Assembly: GCA_951406725.2 (NCBI GenBank)
Contig: OX597815.1
Span: forward strand, 29,326,001 to 29,390,000
DNA from: Octopus vulgaris
Taxonomy: Eukaryota
Length of the DNA: 64,000 nucleotides
Direction: 5' to 3'
The notes under the pieces are model-generated. The model did not search any database and was not told where the DNA came from. It saw only the letters and a list, made by a program, of their open reading frames with translations. Each line of letters begins with the position of its first letter. Position 1 is the first letter of the stretch. A program made the translations under genes and the position numbers. Of this stretch, positions 12,500 through 23,716 are shown piece by piece.

Positions 12500-12770
12500 T
12501 TGTGAGTGGATTTGGTAGACGGAAACTGAAAGAAGCCCGTCGTATATATATATGTGTATGTATGTTTGTGTTTGTCCCCCCCCAACATCGCTTGAATACC
12601 GATGCTGGTGTGTTTACGTCTCCGTAACTTAGCGGTTCGGCAAAAGAACCGATAGAATAAGTACTAGGCTTACAAAGAATAAGTCATGGGGTCGATTTGT
12701 TCGACTAAAGGCGGTGCTCCAGCATGGCCACAGTCAAATGACTGAAACAAGTAAAAGAGAGTAAAGAGTA
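12500..12770 (+). mobile_element. SINE family A, 5'-truncated copy
   Basis: High similarity to 1362-1640, with CpGs retained and a TAAAAGAG-type tail. Confidence 0.85.
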
Positions 12771-14270
12771 GAGGTTTATCCGAGCTGCAATCAAATGCGT
12801 TCCAGGTGCGACCATCCCGTTTTGCTGTGTGTTAGGAACTTTATTGTCTATTCTAGCTTTTAAGATAGTAGGATTTGATGAGGGAGCGTTGGGTGTTATT
12901 CTAGCAGGGTCAACGCAACAGCATAAAAGGTCCACAAGGAATGAAATAAGTCGGCTCTGAACAGATACTGTATCTGATAGCATATGACACCCCACACTCC
13001 TTACTTAAAAAACGGGTTTTGCATACGAAGTTGGTCCTCCAATAAGCTTATCGCTATTTTACCAGGTATGCACTACTGAAACCGCGATGCGTCTTTTATG
13101 TAATCAAATACATTCCAAAAGCGACATTTCTGTCCATTTTATGATACTGGCTGTCTAGGAGAGGCACCCATCGCTCGATTATTTCAAGTTGTGATATTTT
13201 GTATGGTTATTTTCCTTTAATTTAGAGATTATTATTTTTTATCGTGACTGAGGAAAAAAAGATGAAAGTAAATATAAATCATACAGGAAAATTCAAAATA
13301 CTACAGAAGGGGAAATTCCAAGAGCATGGGCAACTAAATAGAAGTGAAGCGATTTAGGATATCTTCCTGAATCTTTGTAAATTGAAATGAAGCTGGATGA
13401 AATTTCGGTACATAAAGTTTGTGACATAAACCAAAACACTGGAAATATATAAAGATGTGTTGTGGTAAAAAAAAATAGCGGTAAGTGAGAATTGAAACCA
13501 GTACATTCATTGACTACAAGATGCTTATGTATTTCAGTCATTGGATTAAAGGATTTAGTTGAACAAATCGACCCCGGTACTTATTCGATTGGTCTTTTTT
13601 TGCCGAATCGCCAATATTACAGAGACGGAAAAAAAAAAAAAAAACTGGTAGTTAAGCAGTGGTGGGACAAATGCACTCGCAGGGTTTTGTTCAACACCGG
13701 AGCTATAGTAGAAGATAATTTCGCAAGGTGCCACGCAGTGAGATTGAACCCAGAACCATGTGGCTGGGGGAGCAAACTTCTTGCCACACGGCCACGCCTA
13801 TGTGTGGACATATATTAACATTTGGCGATCATTCGTTACTAGTAACATAACTGTCACTTATAAACCCACGTGGGTTTATTTACATTTCTGAAGAAAAAAG
13901 ATACCCTTCCCCCACATATATATATATAAACAAAATTTTTTACGGAAAGTGACGATCTTCCACGTGCTTAACATTTTGTCTTTTGTGTGTAAGTCTATAA
14001 CAATACATACAGTGTGGAGAGAGATACTTGGAAAGAGAAGATGCGATGTAAAGGGGAATGTAGATTGGTGAGAGTGGAAGGAAAGAAAAGAGCAATAGTT
14101 CGGGAAAAGTTGAGGCTATGATGATGATAATGGTAATGGCGGTTACATCGCAAAGAAAGTGGAGCGAAGGAGGACGAAGAGTTTAGAAGACCTAGCGTCC
14201 ATTAGCAGCGAGTAATGGTTTTTTAAACTGAATATCATCGGTCACCAATACAGGGCTTAGAATAGCCCTG

Positions 14271-14754
14271 GGATCTTTTCGGTTTGAACGGCAGTTTTTT
14301 CTAGCGGTGTCATATGAAATTGTCACCCATAATTATGACCCTAGTATCGATCTATTGCATTTCAATCTGTTTTAGATTTTTTTCTTCAGAAATGTAAATA
14401 AACCCTATCTGTTTCTTGAGGGACATATTCATACGGCACAGAATGTTTTTCACCTCAATAGACGTCATTGATTGGTTGAAATTGCAGAAAAAACAACAAA
14501 TATCTTACATCATCATCGTTTAACGTCCGTTCTCCATGCTAGCATGGGTTGGATGGTTCGACCGGGGATCTGGGAAGCCAGAAGGCTGCACCAGGCTCCA
14601 GTCTTATCTGGCTGTGTTTCTACAATAGAATTTTCTCAATAAAGCCAAGAGAAAAAGATGTTTTATAAACACATTCTACCAGTATACGAAGTTTAAAAGT
14701 GTTTAGTTACGTGGAAATTATTTAAAAAAACTGCTGTTCAAACCGAAAAGATCC
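14271..14754. mobile_element. GGATCTTTTC-family MITE (Merlin-like) with nested (GAT)n-tail retroposon fragment (14508-14623)
   Basis: TIR GGATCTTTTCGGTTTGAAC(G/A)GCAG at both ends; 8-bp TSD TAGCCCTG. Confidence 0.85.
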
Positions 14755-14842
14755 TAGCCCTGTATTGACTGTACAACAGAACACAGCATGTTTGTTTTAA
14801 GAGTTGTTTTGTAGCAAGATATTTTGACTGGGTAATCAGTAC

Positions 14843-15173
14843 CTTTGGTTTCTCAACTCGATCCAAGATTACATGGTGTTGTGCAAAATAGTTTTTGTTC
14901 CATCTAAATCGTTTTGTATCAAATTCTTGGAGCTTCTGGTTTGTTTACATTGTTGACACTGGGGGAAATTTACTTCACTGTTAAAGTTGAATATTTCTCA
15001 GAAGGAACTGCGAGTTTAAAGAAAGTGTGAGCCACCCTTTGGAATATTCATATTCATGGTGTGTTAAACACACAGTGAATGAATCGCCACTTTCGATCGT
15101 TATAAACAGCCTAAACGATAACAGTTCATAGCTGCCCTCTCTTCTAAAGACAGAATGAACTCCCATATTGGTG
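14843..15173 (-). other. Candidate 5' exon of the minus-strand transcript
   Basis: Acceptor TTTTAATTGTTCTCTCTGTAG| at 15174 and possible donor AAG|GTACTG at 14842. It contains only a short ORF (15166-14981). Confidence 0.3.
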
Positions 15174-15208
15174 CTACAGAGAGAACAATTAAAAGTAGAT
15201 GGGGGTAG

Positions 15209-15579
15209 GGATCTTTTCGGTTTGAACGGCAGTTTTTTCCAGCGGTGTCATATGAAATTGTCACCCATAATTATGACCCTAGTATCGATCTATTGCATTT
15301 CAATCTATTTTAGGGTTAGGGTTAAGGGTATCTGTTTTTCTTCACAAATGTAAACAAACCCAATCTGTTTCTTAAACGAGGGACATATTCATACGGCACA
15401 GGATGCTTTTTACCTCAATAGACGCCAGTGATTGGTTGAAATTGCAGAAATTGAAGAATTTTCTCAATAAAGCCAAGAGAAAAAGATGTTTTATAAACAC
15501 ATTCTACCAGTATACGAAGTTTAAATTGTTTTAGTTATCTAGAAATTGTTAAAAACTGCCGTTCAAACCGAAAAGATCC
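15209..15579. mobile_element. GGATCTTTTC-family MITE (Merlin-like)
   Basis: TIR GGATCTTTTCGGTTTGAACGGCAGTTTTT; 8-bp TSD GGGGGTAG; internal TTAGGG repeats. Confidence 0.85.
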
Positions 15580-15896
15580 GGGGGTAGTTTACAGAAAGCT
15601 AGTACAAAAAAAATTGGGGTATATAATAAATACAATGACCAACAGCACGAGTAGAACATGACGTCCCAAACAAGTAGGCACTGTTTTCAACGTGATGGGT
15701 AACGACTGTATTCAAGTGACAAACACCCAATATATTAGGACTTTCTGATTGCCTTTATTATCATTGCTTCTATTTCTCTTCCTAGTGGTTTTGTTTCGAC
15801 CAGATTACGTCTGTAGACACAGAAGAAACTTTGGCAATGAAAACAACAGCCAAAATTATTTACTTCCAAGCAATACAGATGACTAGGAAGTAACTA

Positions 15897-15910
15897 CCGG
15901 AAGTGACGTA
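15897..15910. promoter_or_regulatory. ETS-CRE composite promoter motif CCGGAAGTGACGTA
   Basis: Overlapping ETS (CCGGAAGT) and half-CRE (TGACG) sites in non-repetitive, CpG-retaining sequence. This composite is typical of proximal promoters. Confidence 0.45.
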
Positions 15911-16022
15911 ACAGTGTTAAACTGAAATCCATTGAATTCCTTTAGTGGATGTTTCGCCAATAATTTTTGTTTATCGAATTTGACTTCGATTAATAAGGCG
16001 AAGTTTCGCATGTCGTAGCGCA

Positions 16023-16645
16023 GATTTCCGTAAAAAACTTTTATTTTTTTACATAAGTAATGAGAGCGAAAGAGACTAAGAGGAAGCGATTTTATGACGA
16101 GAAGGTTTCACTTTGAAATCGGCCTGGGTGTGTTTGATGGGGTGTGGGAGACAGACAGTATGTTGTGTAAGTGAAGTGCTTCTGTTAGTGTGTGTGAAGA
16201 GACAGAGAGAGTAATGTGTGAAAGAGAGAGATAACTGATTTTTTACTCGGTGTATGTGTATATGTATGTATGCATGTATCTATGTATGTGTGTGTGTGTA
16301 TGTATGGCCGATTCATCGTCATTTTTTACTCGGTGTATGTGTATATGTATGTCTGCATGTATGTGTGTGTGTGTATGTATCTATGTGTGTGTGTGTGTGT
16401 GTGTAAGTATGTGTGTGTGTATGTATGTATGTATGTGTGTGTGTGTGTGTATCTATGTATGTCTGTCTCTTCGCACACACTAACAGAAGCACTTCACTTA
16501 CACAACATACTGTCTGTCTCCCACACCCCATCAAACACACACAGGCCGACTTCAAAGTGAAACCTTCTCGTCGTAAAATCGCTTCCTCTTAGTCTCTTTC
16601 GCTCTCATTACTTATGTAAAAAAATAAAAGTTTTTTACGGAAATC
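16023..16645. repeat. Long inverted-repeat element (about 185-bp arms around a TG/TA microsatellite)
   Basis: 16023-16206 is a near-exact reverse complement of 16462-16645. Confidence 0.85.
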
Positions 16646-16678
16646 GACGGAAATCTTTGCTTTTTAGTAACCCATTCT

Positions 16679-16901
16679 GGTACTAGTAACGTAGACTGGA
16701 CCCGGTTTGCGCACACGCGCTAGCCAGACGTAGGCAGTCGATCCTACGAGCTGACATATACTTGTATATATACGAATCGGGGACGTGCGATACAAGTATA
16801 TATCGTGCATGCGCCAGTCAGCTCGTAGGATCGACTACCTACATCTGGCCAGTACGGACGCGCGTCCGCGCGAACCGGGTCCAGTCTACGCTACTAGTAC
16901 C
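16679..16901. mobile_element. Merlin-like palindromic MITE
   Basis: TIR GGTACTAGTA(A/G)CGTAGACTGGACCCGGTT; 8-bp TSD CCCATTCT/CCAATTCT. Confidence 0.8.
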
Positions 16902-17687
16902 CCAATTCTTTGTCTAAATGTAAACATAATGTAGATTTCAAAAATATAAATAACTATAACACAAAAGACACGAAAATTGAGAAATGTTAGAAAAATATAT
17001 TATGTACATAAACTCATTTACGAAAACAAAATAAGCTCTAAGGATGAGACATTTTTTTTACAAGTTTTTAGAATATTAAAAATTGATAATTTTAAACTTA
17101 TTAATAAGTATTCTTACCATATTTACATTTCTAGATGTTTGAATATGAAACGTATTATTTGATAATTAATACTGTGTACAAATAAGCTCTTGAGCCAAAA
17201 TGAAATTTTGAATAGATTTTGTTATGAATCTCAAGAAAGGACTTTTACAAAGAATAATTTATGAAAACAAGTTATAAAGATATTAGTCACAAATGTTTTA
17301 AAAATAAATGATGCATAACGAAACATGAAAGTGAATTACAAAAGAGTATGTTTTGCGAGGCAAAACTGCAAAAAGGAAGTTGTATTTGCCAACTTTTTGG
17401 CGGCAAATATTTCATCCTCAACAAGTATTTTTGCAGTACATTTTTTTATACGAATGTGGTCGAAAATAAATTATTATAATTCTTTTGAGGGTGTGTAACC
17501 AGTTTAAAACTAGCGTCTTGTGTAAGAGGTTTGAGTTTCACTTGTCTATTGATATAGTCCAGGGGTAATCACCGGCTTCATGTGTCTGTAAATTCTTCAA
17601 ACATGTTTGTTTGTATACACAAACTGGAGTTTAAAGTAATGATAATAGTAATAACAATTATGGGCTGTGATTATGTTAGCATTAAAT

Positions 17688-17761
<74 letters not shown>

Positions 17762-18195
17762 CCGATCGATTTTGGTAAAAATTAGTAACTGATTGGTCTT
17801 AACTGCTTTAATTTCGCCTAATTATATTTAAGCGATTACAAAAGTGAATGAAGTGGAACACCTTGAATAATTCGATTAATTCACGTACAGTTATGTAAAA
17901 TTACAAAGCTATTAGACTTTCTTACATTCAACTTGTATTAAACACCATAACTGTTTCTGATTTAGGCCTATCGATCCCAAGCAGTTCAGTAGTACCTCAT
18001 TTTATTGAACCCCGGAGGGTTGAAAGACAAAGTTGGCCTCGGCGAGATTTGAACTCAGACCCATTAAGAGTCGGAATAACAATAAGCAGTGACTTAATAA
18101 CTGGCATTTAAGTCTACCAAGACACCCTGCGTAGATGTGTGAAGTGGAGAGAGAGAGAGAGAGAGATAGAGAGAGAGAGAGTGATAGAGAGAATA

Positions 18196-18975
18196 TTATG
18201 CTGATGAAGATCGGTTAGCCTCTTCTTCCATACAGTTATTCCAGAGAAGTTTCCACTGAGAAGGTTCGGTCTTGTATATCTTACTTACATAAAGTAATAC
18301 ATCCTTCTTCTGAAGTTCTTTTTCAGCTCTAAATCCCCAATGAAATTCATACTGAATCGGTTCACTATTGCTTTGACGAACATATTCTAAATAATATTGA
18401 CGAACGAATTCCTCGGTGAGTAACTTCTTCACATCTCCAAACACTTCATGATGTACATCTGGATCGACACCGAGTTTCCGAAGTGCTTTCCACAAGTCTG
18501 AATCGGATATCACACCACCGTTCATGTAAATAATGGCCAGAATATTAAAAAGGAGCCCAAGTTTAGCCGATTCCTCTTCGCTGGAAATCAAATCAATATT
18601 TCTCCTAATATCGCTTCTGCTTGTGATTAAAATGTAGCGTTTTTTTAATTTATCGTCGAATTCAATAAGTTTGGCACCAAATACTGATTGAAGCATATCC
18701 CGAGATTTCTTGAGGATTGTTGGAAAGTATTTCTTTTGGTCTTTTAGTATATGGTTATTGATGTCAATTTTACGAACTGGAATCTTTTTCTGATCCGCAA
18801 TCAATAAATATTGGACCAGTTCGATCGCTTTGCGTTCCAAATCTTCAGATTCGGTCGTTAAATCATTCTGCGTGGAATTTTGTTCATGTACCTGAGAAAC
18901 TGTGGAGATCTTAGATTTGGACGAGCAAGACGGCATTGGAGCTGATTTTTGACTATTTGCTGTAACTTTCGGCAT
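18196..18975 (-). CDS. NSMCE3: MAGE-homology-domain protein, Nse3/NSMCE3 (MAGE-G1-like) subunit of SMC5/6; single-exon 259 aa
   Basis: Intact ORF with MAGE motifs ELVQYLLIADQKKIPVRKIDI, KLGLLFNILAIIYMNGG..SDSDLWKALRKLGV, HHEVFGDVKKLLTEEFVRQYYLEY and YEFHWGFRAEKE. Confidence 0.93.
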   Translation of the reverse strand: MPKVTANSQKSAPMPSCSSKSKISTVSQVHEQNSTQNDLTTESEDLERKAIELVQYLLIADQKKIPVRKIDINNHILKDQKKYFPTILKKSRDMLQSVFGAKLIEFDDKLKKRYILITSRSDIRRNIDLISSEEESAKLGLLFNILAIIYMNGGVISDSDLWKALRKLGVDPDVHHEVFGDVKKLLTEEFVRQYYLEYVRQSNSEPIQYEFHWGFRAEKELQKKDVLLYVSKIYKTEPSQWKLLWNNCMEEEANRSSSA

Positions 18976-19344
18976 AATTCTTCAACAAGAGTCGAGAGAC
19001 AGAAAATTATAACTGTGACATTATTCTCTTCTTAAAGAGAGTTCTAGTTAAAGGGAACTAACTCTAACCTGACTCTTCTGCCAACCGTTACAAACCAATG
19101 AAAGACGCCTTTGACTTAGTTGTTCGACTGGCTTAGAAAAAAGATAAAAATTTCCTTCAAATTATACCCTTCTCTAGAATTGCCATACGTTCTTATTTTT
19201 CAGGACATGTCCTAAATTCAGGTGTCAAAATTTGTGTCGGAAAGAATTTTAAATTTTTCCAAAAGTCTGGAATTTCAGCTTTAGTTACTTAAACGATTAT
19301 TTTATTATTTTTTTCTTCATTCATTTTGTGGTCCACGTAAATAT

Positions 19345-19520
19345 ATATTTCTTTACTACCCACAAGGGGCTAAACACAGAGGGGACAAACAAGGACAGAC
19401 AAAGCGATTAAGTCGATTCCATCGACCCCAGTGCGTAACTGGTACTTAATTTATCGACCCCAAAAGGATGAAAGGCAAAGTCGACCTCGGCGGAATTTGA
19501 ACTCAGAACGTAACGGCAGT
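19345..19520 (-). mobile_element. SINE family C, 5'-truncated
   Basis: Close match to the 24869-25052 unit. Confidence 0.75.
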
Positions 19521-19834
19521 AAATATACGCCCCAGGCCTACCAGTGTTTATCTACCCCCATAACAACTTGACAACTATTATTCTAAAAGATGACTTTCGT
19601 TGCAGAGGTGCCGGCCCTGGAAGAAAAGGTTGAAGTTTAGATCCCCATTCACTACATAGAGAGTTATCTAAACGAAGCTTATTTTGCTTTCACCTACTCA
19701 CTACGTGTGTGTGTGTGTGTGTTATTTAGATGAAGGGGGACTACTATCTCTAAATAACATATTTCCTCGTTGAGAATAATTTGAACCCCTGTGATGCCGG
19801 AATTTTTATTCCCTAATAAATAAAATAATATATA

Positions 19835-20218
19835 CTAGCAGTATCGCCCAGCGTTGCTCGGGTTTGTAAGGGAAATAACTATATAAGCATTTTTAGAGAG
19901 TTATAGCCAAAAAAATGCATTAAAAATGGAAAAAAAATTATGGTAAATTTTTTAAAAAATCGTTGACTCATCGTAGACATTTTTAGTTACTTCCCTTATA
20001 TAATAGCGAAAAAATGCATTAAAATGGAAAAAAATGATGGTAAATTATTTTTAAAATCGTAGACTCATCGTAGACGCGCGCTAATACCCAGAAGGGCTCG
20101 ATATGAATCACGACTATAAGATACCCGCTTTTGGTTACACTGCACCGCAAAATGTGGGAGTAGTTAGGAATCTAAATCGTAGGAGACAGACACACAACTT
20201 CACTTGTATATATAAAGA
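19835..20218 (-). mobile_element. Non-autonomous Helitron
   Basis: Minus strand reads A|TC start, subterminal hairpin CCCGAGCAACGCTGGG and CTAG|T end; reverse-complement copy of 21233-21628. Confidence 0.85.
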
Positions 20219-20437
20219 TAAATAAAATAATATATATATATCACCTCGGGCCGAACAAAGTTTTGAGAGTGGATTTGATAGGCGGAAACTATATATTACG
20301 GAGATGTACTTGCATAGCAAGTGATTTGATCTGAGATCGTGTGCTGGAACGAAAACAATTGCAGCGTGGAAGGTGTTTGTAAGCCATTTAAGAAACACAC
20401 AAAAGCCGTTCGATTCACTTCAACATTTAAGTTTAAT

Positions 20438-20486
20438 TTGTCAAAATATTTTCGTCGCTATAAGACTGCGACCTGTTCACTGACAA
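20438..20486 (-). ncRNA. Minimal type-I hammerhead-like motif with G3-C8 core variant, within a Penelope-LTR-like repeat (about 20299-20505)
   Basis: Minus strand: UUGUCA GUGAACA G GUCGC aguCuuaua GCGAC GAA AAUAUU U UGACAA. This gives a 6-bp stem I, a 5-bp stem II and a palindromic stem III AAUAUU. Confidence 0.6.
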
Positions 20487-20829
20487 GAATCCGTGCTGCA
20501 TCTGAGAAAGTAACAGTTAGTTCGTCATATATATGTACGTATGTATGTGTGTATGTATGTATACACGCATGTATGCATGCATGTATGTATGTAAGTACGT
20601 ACATACGCCCGTGTGTATGTATGTATATATGTATGTATGTGTGTGTATACGCACGCACATACACACTATAAACTTAAAGCTATAAATCTGTAGTGATGGA
20701 TAGATGTAGACTGACCACTCATCACAACAATATCAAATTTCAACCTCCCCCGCCGAAACTAGGAAGTAATTTACGACCCTCACCCCCAAAACAAAAAAAA
20801 AAACAACAAAACTCTAAAACCTATTATCA

Positions 20830-20872
<43 letters not shown>

Positions 20873-21232
20873 TGTGTGTGTCTGTTTGAGCCCTACCAAC
20901 CACCAATTGATAACCGGTGCTGGTGTGTTTATGTCCTCGTAACTAAGCGGTTCGGCAAACGAAGCCCATAGGCTTAAAAAAAAAAAAAGTACTGGAGTCG
21001 ATTCATTCGACTGAAATTCTTCAAGTCGGTGCCCTGGCATGGTCGCAGTCTAATGTCTGAAAGAAGTAAAAGAATAAAAGAATAACGGCAACGAACAAAA
21101 GTGTGTCGGGCGGGGTCACGGAGACTGTCAGTGGAAGCATCCTGGATTTTGACTGTTCAGAGAGAATGGTAAATCTACCCTACTGTCTTAAAAAAGATGG
21201 ACACATTAAATAACGTAGTGGTAAAAATATAA

Positions 21233-21628
21233 TCTTTATATATAAAAGTGAAGTTGTGTGTCTGTCTCCTACGATTTAGATTCCTAACTACTCCCACATT
21301 TTGCGGTGCAGTGTAACCAAAACCGGGTATCTTATAGTCGTGATTCATATCGAGCCCTTCTGGGTATTAGCGCGCGTCTACGCTATTCTACGATTTAAAA
21401 AAAAATTACCATCATTTTTTCCATTTGAATGCATTTTTTCGCTATTATATAAGGGAAGTAACTCTCTAAAAATGTCTACGATGAGTCAACGATTTAAAAA
21501 AAAATTACTATCATTTTTTTTTTCCATTTTTAATGCAATTTTTTGCTATTTTTTGGCTATAACTCTCTAAAAATGCTTATATAGTTATTTCCCTTACAAA
21601 CCCGAGCAACGTTGGGCGATACTGCTAG
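21233..21628 (+). mobile_element. Non-autonomous Helitron
   Basis: A|TCTTTATATATAAAAG start; CCCGAGCAACGTTGGG hairpin followed by CTAG|T. Confidence 0.85.
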
Positions 21629-21717
21629 TTCTGAATAAAAATGTAAGATGAGGATGAGCGGAATTCTTTGGCGAAAGATCTTTTCATTAAGAGTTGACCC
21701 CCAATTAAACATAAGTA

Positions 21718-22570
21718 CCGTAAATCCTCGAGTATAGCCCGCCCTTGAGTATAATACGCAGGGGATTTTTACCTCTGAAAAACCTAAGCCTTGTGTATAA
21801 TACGCACCCCTTTTTTAACTTGAGTCAAGGAGGTCTATATAATGTCTTTGTAGGATCGCGGTTTCGATTCCCAGACCGGGCGTTGTGAGTGTTTATTGAG
21901 CGAAAACACCTAAAGCTCCACGAGGCTCCGGCAGGGATGGTGGTGATCCCTGCTGTACTCTTTCACCACAACTTTCTCTTACTCTTACTTCCTGTTTCTG
22001 TTGTACCTGTATTTCAAAGGGCCGGCCTTGTCACTCTCTGTGTCACGCTGAATATCCCCGAGAACTACGTTAAGGGTACACGTGTCTGTGGAGTGCTCAG
22101 CCAATTGCACGTTAATTTCACGAGCAGGCTGTTCCGTTGATCGGATCAACCGGAACCCTCGTCGTCGTAACCGACGGAGTGCTTCCATCCCATAATGTCT
22201 TTGGTTAGTAAAAATGTATAAGGTAACGTCCTTTATTATTATTGTATATATAACATAATGCAAACGTGTAGCTTTTTTGAGCATTTTGTTTGCAGAAAAT
22301 AAAGAAATAACAGTAATAACGTTTACTAAATGTTGCTTACTGCAAGTTATGGACGATTCTTTTATGACTTCATTGCTTTCAGGCTTAGCTTAAGGTATTT
22401 TTGCGCCCGACATAAAAAATGCGTCTGAATAAACATCGACGGACAGCAAATAGAGACACGGACATTGCTTAGAAAATAATTTTCAATTTTAACCTCGTAT
22501 ATAGTACGCACTAGGGATTTTGACCGTTAAATTTTGGGGGGAAATGCGGATTATACTCGAGGATTTACGG
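21718..22570. mobile_element. Tc1/mariner superfamily (Tc2/pogo-like) non-autonomous element
   Basis: TA|CCGTAAATCCTCGAGTATA ... TATACTCGAGGATTTACGG|TA. Confidence 0.8.
21851..22191 (+). mobile_element. 5'-truncated tRNA-derived SINE nested in the Tc2-like element
   Basis: B-box GGTTTCGATTCCC; 12-bp TSD ATAATGTCTTTG (21839-21850, 22192-22203). Confidence 0.8.
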
Positions 22571-22855
22571 TAGTTAGCGTAGATATATTTGGTGTTTTTC
22601 TAAAAATAATGCGACAGCAAATTATTCAGGTAATTAATTCAAATTCTTTCATCTAGAATAAGTCTCCTAGTCGTAATATTATACTATATCAACATGCAGA
22701 AATATATTTTCTACCAATAACTTACAAGTTAATAAGGTTTGAAAAATATAAATGGTATTTAGGATTTTTGGTTTTTGTCGATTTTAATGTAATATCAACA
22801 GCTTTGAACTGTGATGATATTTTAAATAGGGATTGGCTGGAATGAACAAGGTAGT

Positions 22856-23716
22856 GGGCTAATGCAGATTCGCACCTCCCCTTGAAAAATGCATTTTTAT
22901 GAAAAAGTCTATTCGGATTCCTAGGTTTTACATGTCGGAGATTACGAATATGCAAAAAAAAAAAAAAAAAATCAAACTTTTAACCCTCCCCCAATTTTAA
23001 ATGTATTGTTGTATACTGAAGTGTGGAAATTTCATTAAAGCAGGTTTGTAAAGTGCACTTTCTATGTTCAATTGGCTAAAATGGAGAAATAGTTAAGATC
23101 CCTTTTTGCCATGTTACACACTTGCTTTAATAAAATTTCCACACTTTAATCTCTCTATATATAAAGCTGAAGTTGTCTGTGTATGGCAGGTTTGGTAGCC
23201 TTCGACTAACACTATCTCCTCCGAGACCCTGCGGCGCAAGTTGACCAAAATTGAGAGTATGATAGAAGGCTTGCTCTTCCTTCCGTAGAAGATAAAATTC
23301 AAATCGGACCATGTTAACACCAAAAATTATTTACATCAAAAAGGTGCTTTTTTTTCTATGAAAATCCCTATTTTTTTACGATTTTTTGACTGCTGTGTCG
23401 CCATTTTTCGGTGTATTTCAACCAGAAAAATGTTCACTTAAAGTGAATAACAAGCTACATAATGCAAAAGTTTTTCTTTTCAAAAATTCCAATTCTAAAG
23501 TGTCGAAACAAACCCGAGCAACGCCGAGCGATACTGCTAGTTTACAATACACTTGAAATTGGGTGTGTGTGGGGGCGGTAGGCTGACGGGGTGGGGTTTA
23601 AATTAATTTTTTTTTTGCATATTCATAATCTCCGATATGTAAAACCTAGGAATTAGAATAAAGTTTTTCAGGAAAATGCATTTTTCAAGGTGAGATGCGA
23701 ATCTGCATTAGTTCCC
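22856..23716. mobile_element. Long-TIR DNA element containing a nested Helitron
   Basis: Imperfect TIRs of about 110 bp (GGGCTAATGCAGATTCGCA... / ...TGCGAATCTGCATTAGTTCCC). A lone matching end lies at about 12370-12468. Confidence 0.7.
23150..23540 (+). mobile_element. Non-autonomous Helitron (same termini as 21233-21628, different interior)
   Basis: A|TCTCTCTATATATAAAGCTGAAGTTG start; AAACCCGAGCAACGCCGAGCGATACTGCTAG|T end. Confidence 0.8.
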
